64,000 nucleotides of DNA, taken from assembly GCA_017394405.1 (NCBI GenBank), contig JAFPYW010000007.1:7006-71005 (forward strand). Reading direction: 5' to 3'. Under the pieces are notes generated by a model. That model was given only the letters and a program-made list of their open reading frames with translations, was not told the origin of the DNA and did no database searches. The DNA is from Alphaproteobacteria bacterium. Lineage in GTDB: Bacteria; Pseudomonadota; Alphaproteobacteria; CAAHEQ01; UBA3637. A program made the position numbers and the translations under genes. The stretch's first letter is position 1. Every line of letters begins with the position of its first letter. Below are positions 19,945 to 30,056 of this stretch, in pieces.

Positions 19945-20261
19945 AAGACCATTGTATCAAAAAAACATTCTTTTTTCAAGTATAAGTTTTGAGTTATGTG
20001 GATAACTTCCTTATTTGTCTATTCTTTTATTTACTTTCTACAAAACATTATATTTTATGAGGATCTTATACACCTATACATAAAGACGTATATAAAAAAA
20101 TTTGTGCATAACTGGATATTGTTCTGTTTAATAATTCAAGCGAGTCGGTTAAAAATAAAAAAACGCGTCAAGAAAAATCTCAAAAATTTATCCACATTAT
20201 GCACAAGATAACTATTACAATTTTTTATTTTATTAAATAATTATTTTTTGTTAGTTAGTTT
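19945..20261. other. Candidate chromosomal replication origin (oriC): AT-rich gap with DnaA boxes
   Basis: Two perfect DnaA boxes sit in opposite orientation: TGTGGATAA at 19997-20005 and TTATCCACA at 20187-20195. Two one-mismatch boxes are TGTGCATAA at 20103-20111 and TTATGCACA at 20196-20204. The gap is a 317-bp AT-rich stretch next to parAB-rsmG-dnaQ. Confidence 0.4.
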
Positions 20262-20738
20262 TTACACATAACGAACATCTAAAACTTCATAGGCCTTTTC
20301 ACCCTTTGGAGTTTTAACTTCCACAATGTCCCCTAATTGTTTGCCAATCAACGCTTTTGCAAGAGGGGAAATAAAAGAAATCAACCCCTTTTCCAAATTG
20401 GCTTCATACTGACCAACAATCTGATAGGTAGCTTTGGCGTCTGTATCACAATCAACGATATCTACGGTAGCGCCAAACAAAATTTTATCGCCAGACATTT
20501 CTGATGTATCCACAACTTGTGCGTGAGATAAGGCGCCTTCTAAGTCCTGAATACGCCCCTCAATAAAACTTTGCTGTTCGCGGGCTGAATGATATTCAGC
20601 GTTTTCAGATAAATCACCACGGCTGCGCGCTTCTTCAATAGCAGCAATAATATGGGGACGATCCTCATATTTTAATTTCTTTAATTCTTCCGTTAAAGTG
20701 GCAAAGCCAACTTTTGTCATTGGAACTTTATCTTCCAT
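20262..20738 (-). CDS. greA: Transcription elongation factor GreA
   Basis: The GreA N-terminus reads [19 protein letters not shown]. The start is set at the internal Met with an AGGAGA ribosome-binding site, which gives about 158 aa. Confidence 0.85.
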   Translation of the reverse strand: MEDKVPMTKVGFATLTEELKKLKYEDRPHIIAAIEEARSRGDLSENAEYHSAREQQSFIEGRIQDLEGALSHAQVVDTSEMSGDKILFGATVDIVDCDTDAKATYQIVGQYEANLEKGLISFISPLAKALIGKQLGDIVEVKTPKGEKAYEVLDVRYV

Positions 20739-20821
20739 AGTTCTTCTCCTTTCTTTCAAAAAGAAAAAAAGATACCGCGGTCAAATTCACCGCAGCCCTT
20801 TTTCTTTTTTGGAACATGATA

Positions 20822-20850
20822 AGTATAATATATTTTTTATGGAAAGTCAA
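20822..20850 (-). promoter_or_regulatory. Sigma70-like promoter for greA (TTGACT-17-TATACT)
   Basis: Read on the minus strand: TTGACT (complement of 20845-20850), a 17-nt spacer, and TATACT (complement of 20822-20827). Confidence 0.45.
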
Positions 20851-20918
20851 GAAAATTTATTTTTTTATCATTTTTATTAGTTGTAATTACATAGTATATA
20901 CACTCTAAAAATACGTAA

Positions 20919-22184
20919 TTACTTTGTAGATATATAAGACCAAAGGTCTGGCTGATCCGTTGCTTGAATAGTTTGTTTTCTTTTGTTATTTTTCAATGGG
21001 ATAGTATCAACAATTCCATCCGAAAATTGAATGTTTAAGCGGGTTTGTTTTTGTGCTTCAAAAGCATTGGTGATTACCTTTTTTCCGTTAGAAATGATGG
21101 TAAAACCACGTTTTAAGACTGCTTGATAAGAATAAGATTGTAACAACCGAGAGATGTTTTTTGTTTGCTCTGACCACCTAGATAAGTAAGTTTTGATGGC
21201 AAGTTGCAATCTTTCAGTTCTATCATCAGTTTTTTGAATAAATCCCTGAATTATTTCATTTAAATTTGGAAACCGCCCAGTGAGTTGTTGAATTTTAAGT
21301 CGTGATTCAATGAGTGTTTGATTCAGGGCTGATTTCAAATTATTTTCTTTTGTATTCAATATGTTATAAATTTCCAAACGAACCGGAACAGCTTTCTCTG
21401 CCGCACCTGTTGGCGTGGGCGCCCGTAAATCGGACACGAAATCAATGAGAGTTGTATCCGTTTCATGACCGACGGCGGAGATAACCGGAATCTCGGAATC
21501 ATAAACTGCACGAACAACACATTCTTCATTGAATCCCCAAAGATCTTCCAACGATCCTCCTCCTCGTGCGACGATCAAAATATCCGGTTTAGGAATCTTG
21601 CCGTTTTCGGGTAAAGCATTAAAACCACGTACGGCGGCCGCCACTTGTTCGGCGCATTCTTCCCCCTGCACCGCCACAGGCCATACAATAATATGACGAG
21701 GAAAACGATCCGAAACGCGGTGAATGATGTCACGAATGACAGCACCAGTTGGGCTGGTCACTACACCAATGACTTCTGGTAAGAATGGAATAGGCTTTTT
21801 GTGAGCAGGATCAAACAATCCTTCTTTTTCCAATTTTTCCTTGCGATCTTTCAAAAGTTTAAGCAAAGCCCCTTCCCCAGCGGGTTCGGCGGCTTCAACA
21901 ATCATTTGATAGTTGGAACGCCCCGGATAAGTGGAAAGTTTGCCAGTACAAATGATTTCCAGGCCTTCCTGAATATGCTGTGCACATTGGCGGTTGGATC
22001 CTTTCCAACAAATGGCGGCCAGCACAGAATCTTTGTCTTTCAGTGAAAAATAAATATGGCCAGAAGTCGCGCGTTTTATATCCGATACTTCGCCGCGCAC
22101 CTTGATATGGTTGAACACTTGTTCCACGCAACTTTTTAAGGAAAGCGACAATTCTGTGACGGATAAAACGGGTTGTTCGGTCAT
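20919..22184 (-). CDS. xseA: Exodeoxyribonuclease VII large subunit
   Basis: 421 aa with an OB-fold N-terminus and the XseA catalytic domain. It resembles the family throughout its length. Confidence 0.85.
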   Translation of the reverse strand: MTEQPVLSVTELSLSLKSCVEQVFNHIKVRGEVSDIKRATSGHIYFSLKDKDSVLAAICWKGSNRQCAQHIQEGLEIICTGKLSTYPGRSNYQMIVEAAEPAGEGALLKLLKDRKEKLEKEGLFDPAHKKPIPFLPEVIGVVTSPTGAVIRDIIHRVSDRFPRHIIVWPVAVQGEECAEQVAAAVRGFNALPENGKIPKPDILIVARGGGSLEDLWGFNEECVVRAVYDSEIPVISAVGHETDTTLIDFVSDLRAPTPTGAAEKAVPVRLEIYNILNTKENNLKSALNQTLIESRLKIQQLTGRFPNLNEIIQGFIQKTDDRTERLQLAIKTYLSRWSEQTKNISRLLQSYSYQAVLKRGFTIISNGKKVITNAFEAQKQTRLNIQFSDGIVDTIPLKNNKRKQTIQATDQPDLWSYISTK

Positions 22185-22642
22185 TTACGCTTCCTTTTGA
22201 AAAATTGAGTCATCAAGGCGCCGCATTCCAAATTATGCCACTTTTCCACCCGTAATTTATGATGTGTTTGTGGGTGAGAAAAGACCTTTGCCCCCTGCTC
22301 TACCGCTCCCGTTTTTGGATCTGAAGCACCGTAATATAATGTATCCAAACGCGCCCAAGCAATTGCACCAGCACACATAACACAAGGTTCCAAAGTGACA
22401 AACATAGAATAACCACCCAAAAATTTATCGTCTATCTTTTTTAGAGCTTTTTCAATAACTTGCATTTCGGCGTGTTTGAGTGGATTTTTGCTTTTTTCCA
22501 CTAAATTATGCGCTTTGGTAACAATTTCACCTGTTTGGGAATTAAAGATAACAGCCCCCACAGGTACCTCATCCAAATCAAAGGCTTTGTGGGCTTCATT
22601 TAAGGCGGCTAAAATAATCTTTTTTCTTTGCTTTTCTTCCAT
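22181..22642 (-). CDS. tadA: tRNA-specific adenosine deaminase
   Basis: Carries the CMP/dCMP deaminase zinc motifs HAEMQVI and PCVMCAGA. The start is set at MEEKQRK, so the 40-aa N-terminal extension in the ORF track is rejected. Confidence 0.85.
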   Translation of the reverse strand: MEEKQRKKIILAALNEAHKAFDLDEVPVGAVIFNSQTGEIVTKAHNLVEKSKNPLKHAEMQVIEKALKKIDDKFLGGYSMFVTLEPCVMCAGAIAWARLDTLYYGASDPKTGAVEQGAKVFSHPQTHHKLRVEKWHNLECGALMTQFFKRKRK

Positions 22643-22663
22643 AAGTGTAATAATATCATAACT

Positions 22664-23371
22664 ATGACAGAAAAGAAAGAACGAATTGCAAAAAAAATGG
22701 CGGATGCAGGCCTGTGTTCCCGACGCGAGGCCGAACGATGGATTGTGGCTGGACGGGTTCAAGTAAATGGCAAAAAGTTGGATACACCTGCTTGTGTGGT
22801 GGGTGAAAATGATGAGGTGTTGGTTGATAATAAGCCATTAAAAAACAAAGAAAAAACACGTGTTTGGATTTATTACAAACCAGTGGGATTGGTGACGACT
22901 TATCACGATCCGCAAGGACGCCCAACAGTGTTTGAAAAATTGCCAAAAGCAATGCCACGCGTCATTTCTGTTGGACGATTGGATTTGAATTCTGAAGGGC
23001 TTTTACTACTTACTAATAATGGCGAATGGGCACGAAAGATGGAACTCCCCTCTTCGCATCTAGAAAGAACTTATCGTGTGAAAGTGCATGGCAAGTTGAC
23101 GGGCGAAGTGTTGTCACGCATTGCAAAAGGGGTGAAAATTGATGGCATTCAATATGCCCCTGCCCGTGTTTTGGTGGAGAAAAAACAAGGCACAAATACG
23201 TGGATTCAGATGACTTTAACAGAAGGAAAAAACAGGGAAATCCGGCGTTTAATGGCCTTTTTCGGGTTAGAAGTTGCAAAACTTTTTCGTATTTCCTATG
23301 GCCCTTATGAATTGGGGAATTTGAAACTGGGCGAAGTAAAGGAGGTGCCATGCGTATTATTTCAGGAATAG
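22664..23371 (+). CDS. rluB: 23S rRNA pseudouridine synthase (RluB/RsuA family)
   Basis: N-terminal S4 domain (GLCSRREAERWIVAGRVQVNGKK) and a catalytic Asp motif (VGRLDLNSEGLLLLTN). Confidence 0.75.
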   Translation: MTEKKERIAKKMADAGLCSRREAERWIVAGRVQVNGKKLDTPACVVGENDEVLVDNKPLKNKEKTRVWIYYKPVGLVTTYHDPQGRPTVFEKLPKAMPRVISVGRLDLNSEGLLLLTNNGEWARKMELPSSHLERTYRVKVHGKLTGEVLSRIAKGVKIDGIQYAPARVLVEKKQGTNTWIQMTLTEGKNREIRRLMAFFGLEVAKLFRISYGPYELGNLKLGEVKEVPCVLFQE

Positions 23372-23907
23372 CTAGAGGCAAAAAGTTATTTTCACCCACA
23401 ACTGAGGCAACTCAGCCGACGATGGATCGGGCCAAAGAAACATTGTTTAATATGTTGGAATCGTGGCGATTAAAAGAAGGAAAAGGGTGGGGGCAACTCA
23501 GTTTTTTGGATGTGTTTGCAGGATCCGGTTCTATTGGAATAGAAGCGTGGTCGCGTGGTGTTAAGTCGCCTTATTTTATGGAAAATGACGCGGACGCATT
23601 AAAGGTTTTGAATCAAAATTTAGCGCTTGTAAAATTGCCCAAAATAACTGCCATAGATGCATTGAATCCACCTTTGGCGCCCAGAGCGGTCAGTATTGCC
23701 TTTATGGACGCGCCATATGGCCAAGGATTGTGGGCGGCGGCGCTACCTAAATTGATCCAAGCCGGTTGGATTGACAATAACACATTGATTGTGGTAGAAA
23801 CAGATAAAAAGGCGCCCGAAATTGTGCCGGATGGTTTTGTGGAATTAAAGGAACGTGCCGCGGGACGTAATTTATTTTTATTTATAAAGCAGGGGGATGC
23901 GGAATGA
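23350..23907 (+). CDS. rsmD: 16S rRNA (guanine966-N2)-methyltransferase
   Basis: 185 aa. The RsmD N-terminus reads MRIISGIARGKKL, with a SAM motif (DVFAGSGSIGIEA) and a DAPY motif. Confidence 0.75.
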   Translation: MRIISGIARGKKLFSPTTEATQPTMDRAKETLFNMLESWRLKEGKGWGQLSFLDVFAGSGSIGIEAWSRGVKSPYFMENDADALKVLNQNLALVKLPKITAIDALNPPLAPRAVSIAFMDAPYGQGLWAAALPKLIQAGWIDNNTLIVVETDKKAPEIVPDGFVELKERAAGRNLFLFIKQGDAE

Positions 23908-25856
23908 AACAAGATTTTAAGAAAATGGCAACAGCGGCCAGAGTATTGGCGGCCGATATGGTGGAGAAAGCTAAATCTGGGCACCCCGGTGCACCACTTG
24001 GAATGGCAGATGTAGCCACCGTATTGTATGCCAAATTTTTAAGGTTTAATCCAAAATGTCCACATTGGTTTGATCGTGATAGAATAGTGTTTTCAAATGG
24101 ACATGCTTCAGCGTTGGTTTATACTTTATTACATTTGAGTGGTTACCCAAAAATAACAATGGCGGAATTAAAACGTTTTCGGCAATTGGGCTCTCTAACA
24201 CCAGGACACCCCGAAATCACCACAGAGGGGGTAGATTTTGCCACAGGCCCTTTGGGACAGGGGTTGGCTGGTGCTGTTGGTATGGCTTTGGCTGAACGGA
24301 TGATGAATGCCGAATTTGGGGATGAGCTCGTCAACCATAAAACCTATTGTTTTGTTGGGGATGGATGCTTGATGGAAGGTATTTCCGAAGAAGCAATTAG
24401 TTTGGCCGGAGTGCTGAACCTAAAAAACTTGATTGTTTTGTGGGATGATAATACAGTCACCATTGACGGACATACGGAAATTGCCACAAAAACCAATATG
24501 AAAAAGCGTTTTGAAGCAAATGGATGGCAAGTCTTAAAATGCAACGGACATAATTATAAATCTATTGAAAAAGCTTTGAAAAAAGCACAAAAAGCCAAAA
24601 AAACCACCATGATAGATTGTAAAACAACCATTGGTTTTGGTGCAGGAGATTGGGCAAATACACCCAAAGTACACGGCACACCTTTGGGTGAGATGATGGC
24701 CACTTTCAAAAAGAATATGAAATGGTCTTTACCGCCCTTTGAAATGCCAAAAGAAATTTATGATATGTGGCATTTATGTGCCAAAAACGGAATAGAAAAA
24801 TACAATGAGTGGTCTCAAAAAGCACAAAAAAATAAGGCCTTTATAGACAGAATTAAAGGAATCAATCCTAAAGAATTGACAAATGCTTTCAAAGAATTAA
24901 AAAAACAATTTGTGAAAGAAAAACCCGAAATTGCCACACGAAAATCCGGCCAAATTGTATTGCAAAAAATGTTGGAAGCGTGTCCAGCATTGGTGGGTGG
25001 ATCTGCCGACTTGGGGGCTAGCAATTTAACAAAAACCGCGGCCTCAAAACCGATTTCTGCTAAAAATTATAAAGGGAACTATATCAATTTTGGTATTCGT
25101 GAACACGCCATGGGGGCGATGACTAACGGGATTGCGGCACATGGTGGATTTGTTCCATATGCCAGCACATTCTTTGTGTTTTCAGATTATATGCGGCCGG
25201 CCCTGCGAATGGCGGCGCTGATGAATTTGAAGGAATTGTTTATCTTTACGCACGATTCTATTGGGGTAGGGGAAGATGGTCCGACACATCAGCCGGTGGA
25301 ACATTTGGCGGCTTTGCGTGCGATACCGAATATGCGCGTATTCAGACCGGGCGGTGCCGTTGAGGTGGCTGAAAGTTATGAGGCGGCCATGCAATTAGAT
25401 GGTCCATCATGTATTGTTTTGTCGCGTCAAAATTTGCCCACAATTCGTCGTGAATCAAATACCAATTTGGTGCAACAGGGCGCCTATGTGGCTCGGGCAC
25501 CCCTGAAAAAACGCCAATTGACATTAGTAGCCAGTGGATCCGAGGCCAGTTTAGCCATACAGGCCTTTGGGGAATTAGCTGAAAAAGGAATAGATGTCGC
25601 AGTTGTATCGGTTCCGTGTTTGGATCTATTTATGCAACAACCCGAAAAAGAACGTGAAAAGATTTTAGGAACGGCGCCTCGGTTGTTTATCGAGGCGGGA
25701 AGTAGTCTGTCATGGGGATTATTAAAACGTGAACAAGATGTGATTTTAGGGTTGGACACATTTGGTCAAAGTGCTCCGGCCAAGGATAATTTTGCCACCT
25801 TTGGCTTCACAAAAGAAAACGTCCTAAAAATCGCCAGGAAAATGATGAAAAAATGA
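23904..25856 (+). CDS. tkt: Transketolase
   Basis: 650 aa with TPP-binding motifs (GHPG..., GDGCLMEGIS) and a transketolase C-terminal domain. Confidence 0.9.
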   Translation: MKQDFKKMATAARVLAADMVEKAKSGHPGAPLGMADVATVLYAKFLRFNPKCPHWFDRDRIVFSNGHASALVYTLLHLSGYPKITMAELKRFRQLGSLTPGHPEITTEGVDFATGPLGQGLAGAVGMALAERMMNAEFGDELVNHKTYCFVGDGCLMEGISEEAISLAGVLNLKNLIVLWDDNTVTIDGHTEIATKTNMKKRFEANGWQVLKCNGHNYKSIEKALKKAQKAKKTTMIDCKTTIGFGAGDWANTPKVHGTPLGEMMATFKKNMKWSLPPFEMPKEIYDMWHLCAKNGIEKYNEWSQKAQKNKAFIDRIKGINPKELTNAFKELKKQFVKEKPEIATRKSGQIVLQKMLEACPALVGGSADLGASNLTKTAASKPISAKNYKGNYINFGIREHAMGAMTNGIAAHGGFVPYASTFFVFSDYMRPALRMAALMNLKELFIFTHDSIGVGEDGPTHQPVEHLAALRAIPNMRVFRPGGAVEVAESYEAAMQLDGPSCIVLSRQNLPTIRRESNTNLVQQGAYVARAPLKKRQLTLVASGSEASLAIQAFGELAEKGIDVAVVSVPCLDLFMQQPEKEREKILGTAPRLFIEAGSSLSWGLLKREQDVILGLDTFGQSAPAKDNFATFGFTKENVLKIARKMMKK

Positions 25857-25954
25857 TTGACAACCAGTAAAAATGGGAGTTAAATAAAAATCGCAGGGTG
25901 TTGTATAAAGGTTATACCGCCCCTTTTGGATCTAAAAAAAAGAAAGGAATTAAA

Positions 25955-26383
25955 ATGTTAAAAAAAATAACAATAGCCTTATTGATGACAACAGCCATCA
26001 TGGCAAGTGGTGCAGTTTTGGCACAAACAACAAAAGCAGTATCTAAACAAGCAGAAGTTGTTACAAAAACAGAAAAAGTGATGGAAGCCATTGATGAAGC
26101 CGCCATGCAAAGAGCAAAAAAATTGTATGCTGAAGCAGATAAATTAAGTGCTGAAATTAAAGCAAAACAAAAAAAGGTTGATGATTTGTTAGTAGAAGCC
26201 GCCGATATGGAAACAAGTGCTCATAAACTCGGCAAAAAAACTATGCGTGGATCTCATGTGAGTTATGCCACAATTAAAAAACAATATAAGAATTGTACAA
26301 ATTGTAGAACACAAAACATGAAAGATGGTGCCTGTAAGCGCGTAAAAGGTGCTCATAAACACTACTATTGTTTCTGTGATTAA
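25955..26383 (+). CDS. Hypothetical secreted protein with a Cys-rich C-terminus
   Basis: Signal peptide MLKKITIALLMTTAIMASGAVLA. The C-terminus (CTNCRTQNMKDGACKRV...YYCFCD) holds 6 Cys. The start was trimmed to the Met that has an upstream AAGGA ribosome-binding site. Confidence 0.45.
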   Translation: MLKKITIALLMTTAIMASGAVLAQTTKAVSKQAEVVTKTEKVMEAIDEAAMQRAKKLYAEADKLSAEIKAKQKKVDDLLVEAADMETSAHKLGKKTMRGSHVSYATIKKQYKNCTNCRTQNMKDGACKRVKGAHKHYYCFCD

Positions 26384-26402
26384 GATTTACACAAACAAAA
26401 AT

Positions 26403-26431
26403 CCCCAGCCGAATTGGTTGGGGGTTTTTTA
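26403..26431 (+). terminator. Rho-independent terminator
   Basis: Stem CCCCAGCC/GGTTGGGG followed by TTTTTT. Confidence 0.55.
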
Positions 26432-26510
26432 TTGCTCAAAATATTCTTGATTTTTTTCTTTGCTTTCTATAGAATGAGAACACCATTAGATATAAGTGAA
26501 AGGATAGAAA

Positions 26511-27575
26511 ATGGCTTTAGTTTCTTTAAGACAATTATTAGATGATGCCGCAGAACACGGATATGGTGTTCCGGCCTTTAACGTAAATAATATGGAACAG
26601 GTATTGGCTATTTTGGCGGCGGCCAATGAGGTGAATGCTCCGGTCATTATTCAAATGAGTAAGGGCGCTCGTCAATACGCGAATGACGCCGTTTTGAAAC
26701 ATTTGATGATGGCTGGCGTGGAAATGTATCCACATTTGCCGATTTGTGTGCACCAAGATCATGGCTCCAGCCCGGATGTGTGCTATTCCGCTATGGCTTC
26801 CGGCTTTACATCCGTGATGATGGATGGATCTTTGGATCCAGAAGGCAAGCCAGCCACATATGAATACAACGCTCAAGTGACAGGCGAAGTTTCCCAAAAA
26901 GCGCATGCACAAGGTGTGTCCGTCGAAGGTGAATTGGGCTGCATCGGTTCTTTGGAATCCGGTAAGGGTGAAAAAGAAGATGGTCATGGCTTTGAAGGGG
27001 CAATTGATAAATCTAAATTGTTGACCGATCCGGATCAAGCCGTGGATTTTGTGCGTCAAACAAAGGTGGATGCTTTGGCGGTTGCCATTGGTACAAGCCA
27101 TGGTGCTTACAAATTCACACGCAAGCCAGATGGCGCAATTTTGTCCATTGACACCGTGAAAAAGATTCACGAAAAATTGCCATACACCCATTTGGTGATG
27201 CATGGTTCATCCTCTGTGCCACAAGATTTACAAGACATTATTAACGCGCATGGCGGACAAATGCCACAAACTTATGGTGTGCCTGTGGAAGAAATTCAAG
27301 AAGCCATCAAGCATGGTGTACGTAAAGTCAATGTAGATACAGACTTGCGTATGGCAATGACCGGTGCTATTCGTACGGTCTTTACGGAAAAACCAGCTGA
27401 ATTTGATCCGCGTAAATACTTGAAACCCGCTATGGCCGCAATGACCAAAGTATGCAAAGAACGCTATGAACAATTTGGTGCCGCAGGGCAAGCAAGCCAC
27501 ATTACACCAATTTCTTTGGAAGATATGGCTAAGCGTTATGCCAGCGGTGAATTAGATCCAAAGATCGTGGGGTAA
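26511..27575 (+). CDS. fba: Fructose-bisphosphate aldolase, class II
   Basis: 354 aa with zinc-binding motifs of the FbaA family (HQDHGSS..., SHGAYKF). Confidence 0.9.
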   Translation: MALVSLRQLLDDAAEHGYGVPAFNVNNMEQVLAILAAANEVNAPVIIQMSKGARQYANDAVLKHLMMAGVEMYPHLPICVHQDHGSSPDVCYSAMASGFTSVMMDGSLDPEGKPATYEYNAQVTGEVSQKAHAQGVSVEGELGCIGSLESGKGEKEDGHGFEGAIDKSKLLTDPDQAVDFVRQTKVDALAVAIGTSHGAYKFTRKPDGAILSIDTVKKIHEKLPYTHLVMHGSSSVPQDLQDIINAHGGQMPQTYGVPVEEIQEAIKHGVRKVNVDTDLRMAMTGAIRTVFTEKPAEFDPRKYLKPAMAAMTKVCKERYEQFGAAGQASHITPISLEDMAKRYASGELDPKIVG

Positions 27576-27576
27576 A

Positions 27577-28221
27577 ATGATTAAAGTTGCCACCAGCATT
27601 TTATCGGCAGATTTTGCCAAACTGGGATCCGAGGTGAAGGCCTTGGACCGGGCTGGGGCAGACTGGATTCATGTGGATGTAATGGACGGATGTTTTGTGC
27701 CGAATTTAACCATGGGGCCCATGGTGGTGCAAAGCATTCGTCCTTATACTAAAAAGCCATTGGATGTGCATTTAATGGTGAAAAAGCCATCTGTGTTGAT
27801 CCCCGCTTTTGCTGGAGCAGGGGCGGATTTAATTACGGTGCATTTGGAATGTGACGAAAAGATGGAAAATCTGATTACCCTGATTAAAAAATTCCATAAA
27901 AAAGTGGGCATTTCCATTAAGCCAAAAACCAAAGTAGCGGATATTATTCCCTATTTACCAATGATTGATTTGGTGTTGGTCATGAGTGTGGAGCCAGGCT
28001 TCGGTGGACAAGCATTTATCCCAACCGCGCTTAAAAAAATAGCAGAATTGCGCTCACTTATCGGTCGCAAGAAAGTGCTTATTGAAGTGGACGGCGGTGT
28101 CAATGATATCACGGCGCCAGCATGCAAGTTGGCGGGGGCTGATGTATTGGTGGCAGGCAATTATGTTTTGAAAAATAAATCCAAAGCGGGTGCTATTAAA
28201 AAACTGAAAGGAAAGTCATGA
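27577..28221 (+). CDS. rpe: Ribulose-phosphate 3-epimerase
   Basis: 214 aa with Rpe motifs (SILSADFA..., HVDVMDG...). Confidence 0.9.
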   Translation: MIKVATSILSADFAKLGSEVKALDRAGADWIHVDVMDGCFVPNLTMGPMVVQSIRPYTKKPLDVHLMVKKPSVLIPAFAGAGADLITVHLECDEKMENLITLIKKFHKKVGISIKPKTKVADIIPYLPMIDLVLVMSVEPGFGGQAFIPTALKKIAELRSLIGRKKVLIEVDGGVNDITAPACKLAGADVLVAGNYVLKNKSKAGAIKKLKGKS

Positions 28222-28895
28222 CAAAGATTTTAATCGTAGAAGACGAAGCGGGATTGGTGACTCTCCTAAAATACAACTTGGAAAAGCATGGTTATGAAAC
28301 CGCCGAAGTGATGGATGGCAAAGTTGTAATGCAGACAGTTTTAACTGAAAAACCGGACCTGATTTTGATGGATTGGATGTTGCCCAATGTATCGGGTGTG
28401 GATTTGTGCCGCGAAATTCGTCGGCATCCGGATGTGAAGCATACGCCAATTATTATTTTAACTGCTAGATCGGAAGAAGCCGACAAAGTGCGCGGACTTT
28501 CCTATGGTGCAGATGATTATATGACAAAGCCGTTTTCTGTGCCAGAGTTGATTGCCCGTGTGCAGGCATTATTGCGGCGGGTTGTTGTGCCAACAAAATC
28601 TAAAGTTTTGAAGGTGGGAACGTTGGCATTGGATTACGATAAAAAATTAGTCTTAAAAGAGGGGGAGGCCATGCATATGGGACCAACAGAGTTCCGTTTG
28701 TTGGCTATTTTAATGGAGCAACCAGGCCATGTGTTTTCACGGGAAGAGTTGCTGAAGTTGGTATGGGGAGATAGTGTTTTTGTTGAACCCAGAACGGTGG
28801 ATGTACATATTCGCCGGCTTCGGCGCAACTTGAGGGATGATGATTCTGAATTGATTAGGACCGTTCGTTCTTCTGGATATGCCGTGAAAGTTTAA
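28218..28895 (+). CDS. phoB: Two-component response regulator, OmpR/PhoB family (PhoB-like)
   Basis: REC domain (LDWMLP, TARSEEADKVRGLSYGADDYMTKPF) and a winged-helix C-terminus. It closely resembles E. coli PhoB, though the phoB symbol is tentative. Confidence 0.7.
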   Translation: MTKILIVEDEAGLVTLLKYNLEKHGYETAEVMDGKVVMQTVLTEKPDLILMDWMLPNVSGVDLCREIRRHPDVKHTPIIILTARSEEADKVRGLSYGADDYMTKPFSVPELIARVQALLRRVVVPTKSKVLKVGTLALDYDKKLVLKEGEAMHMGPTEFRLLAILMEQPGHVFSREELLKLVWGDSVFVEPRTVDVHIRRLRRNLRDDDSELIRTVRSSGYAVKV

Positions 28896-28898
28896 GCC

Positions 28899-30020
28899 AT
28901 GGATGATTTTAATTTAGGATCCAACGAAAAACGCTATCGTCGTAAAAAAGATAAATTCAAAAATACGATTTTAGAATTTTTGGTTCGCGAAAAAGGTCAA
29001 GAAAAAGAAACAATTTTTTTGAATGTAGAAGGCGCTACACCAGATCCCCAGTTTGATGTTAAAAAACAAGCCAATAAATTGGTCAAAAAATTGGCGCGGG
29101 AAGGGGTTTTTGAAGGTGTTTTCAAATTACGCGAAATTAAAAACGCTGAAATAAACGGACGCTTACCACGCGATTATCAGGTTGATTTTATTGTGCCGCC
29201 ATCCGTGGGTGGTGCGTATTCGGCAGATAATTTATATATCACCTCAAAAGAAGTTGCTACGTTAATGTATGATTTATATTGGCGTCAGATTTTGATGGAA
29301 AAAAATCGCTTTCAATATCAAGGAGATGAACACAGGTTCGGTATTGTTATGCCAAAGGTCCCGCGCTTTTTTTCTAGTTTAGATTTTTTGGATTTTGTTT
29401 TGCCACATGAAAAGCAAAAGATTGCCGAGTATTTATCCCGTAAAGCACAATGGCGCCGTGAAGCTGTTCGGATGATTTCCAGAACAGACAAAGCGAATTT
29501 GTTGGTGTTGGAATTGGGCAGAAAAATTCGTCCCCCAGAAGGGATGAAGATGGCTTTTGTAAAAGTGCGTCCAGTTCCTATGGATGAACGCGCGTTGGTT
29601 CGCCAAGAATACTTAAAAACGCGTCCGGATATTGTGCGCGCTTCATTGGAGCGGGGCGATTTTGATCATTTATCAGAAGATATTCGTGAAAGAATTGCAG
29701 CCACAGGCCATATTCCGGAAGAAACGGGCCTGACTTGTCACCACATTCTTCCGCGCTCGTTGGGTGGTAAAAACAATATAGAAAACATTTATTGGATCAA
29801 CAAAAATGCTCATATCGGATTGCATCGTGTTTATATAGATCCGTTGGTGGATTATTTGGATGGTTTGGTTGGCGAGAAGCGCCCGATTTATTTTGAAATG
29901 CCAGTGCCAGAAGACGCCCGAATTCCACTATACCAACGAACACGCCGCGGCACAATTATACCAAGAGTAATAATTCCAAGTATTTGGTTGGTTAACAAAA
30001 AAACAGCCGCAAAGAGCTAG
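28899..30020 (+). CDS. Hypothetical protein with tandem HNH-like motifs (one degenerate, one intact: CHHILPRSLGGKNNIENIYWINKNAH)
   Basis: 373 aa. An intact HNH signature (HH..P...GG....N.......N.H) sits near residue 285. A degenerate duplicate, DFIVPPSVGGAYSADNLYITS, sits near residue 115. The gene starts 4 bp after the phoB-like regulator. Confidence 0.5.
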   Translation: MDDFNLGSNEKRYRRKKDKFKNTILEFLVREKGQEKETIFLNVEGATPDPQFDVKKQANKLVKKLAREGVFEGVFKLREIKNAEINGRLPRDYQVDFIVPPSVGGAYSADNLYITSKEVATLMYDLYWRQILMEKNRFQYQGDEHRFGIVMPKVPRFFSSLDFLDFVLPHEKQKIAEYLSRKAQWRREAVRMISRTDKANLLVLELGRKIRPPEGMKMAFVKVRPVPMDERALVRQEYLKTRPDIVRASLERGDFDHLSEDIRERIAATGHIPEETGLTCHHILPRSLGGKNNIENIYWINKNAHIGLHRVYIDPLVDYLDGLVGEKRPIYFEMPVPEDARIPLYQRTRRGTIIPRVIIPSIWLVNKKTAAKS

Positions 30021-30027
30021 AAAAATC

Positions 30028-30056
30028 ATTGACTTTTAGGTCTTTTTTTGATACAA
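30028..30056 (+). promoter_or_regulatory. Sigma70-like promoter for thrS (TTGACT-17-TACAAT)
   Basis: TTGACT at 30028-30033, a 17-nt spacer, and TACAAT at 30051-30056. Confidence 0.4.

Noticed and set aside
19945-20261. CtrA boxes (TTAA-N7-TTAA) in the candidate origin
   Set aside because: No convincing TTAA-N7-TTAA match was found by eye, so CtrA control of the origin cannot be claimed.
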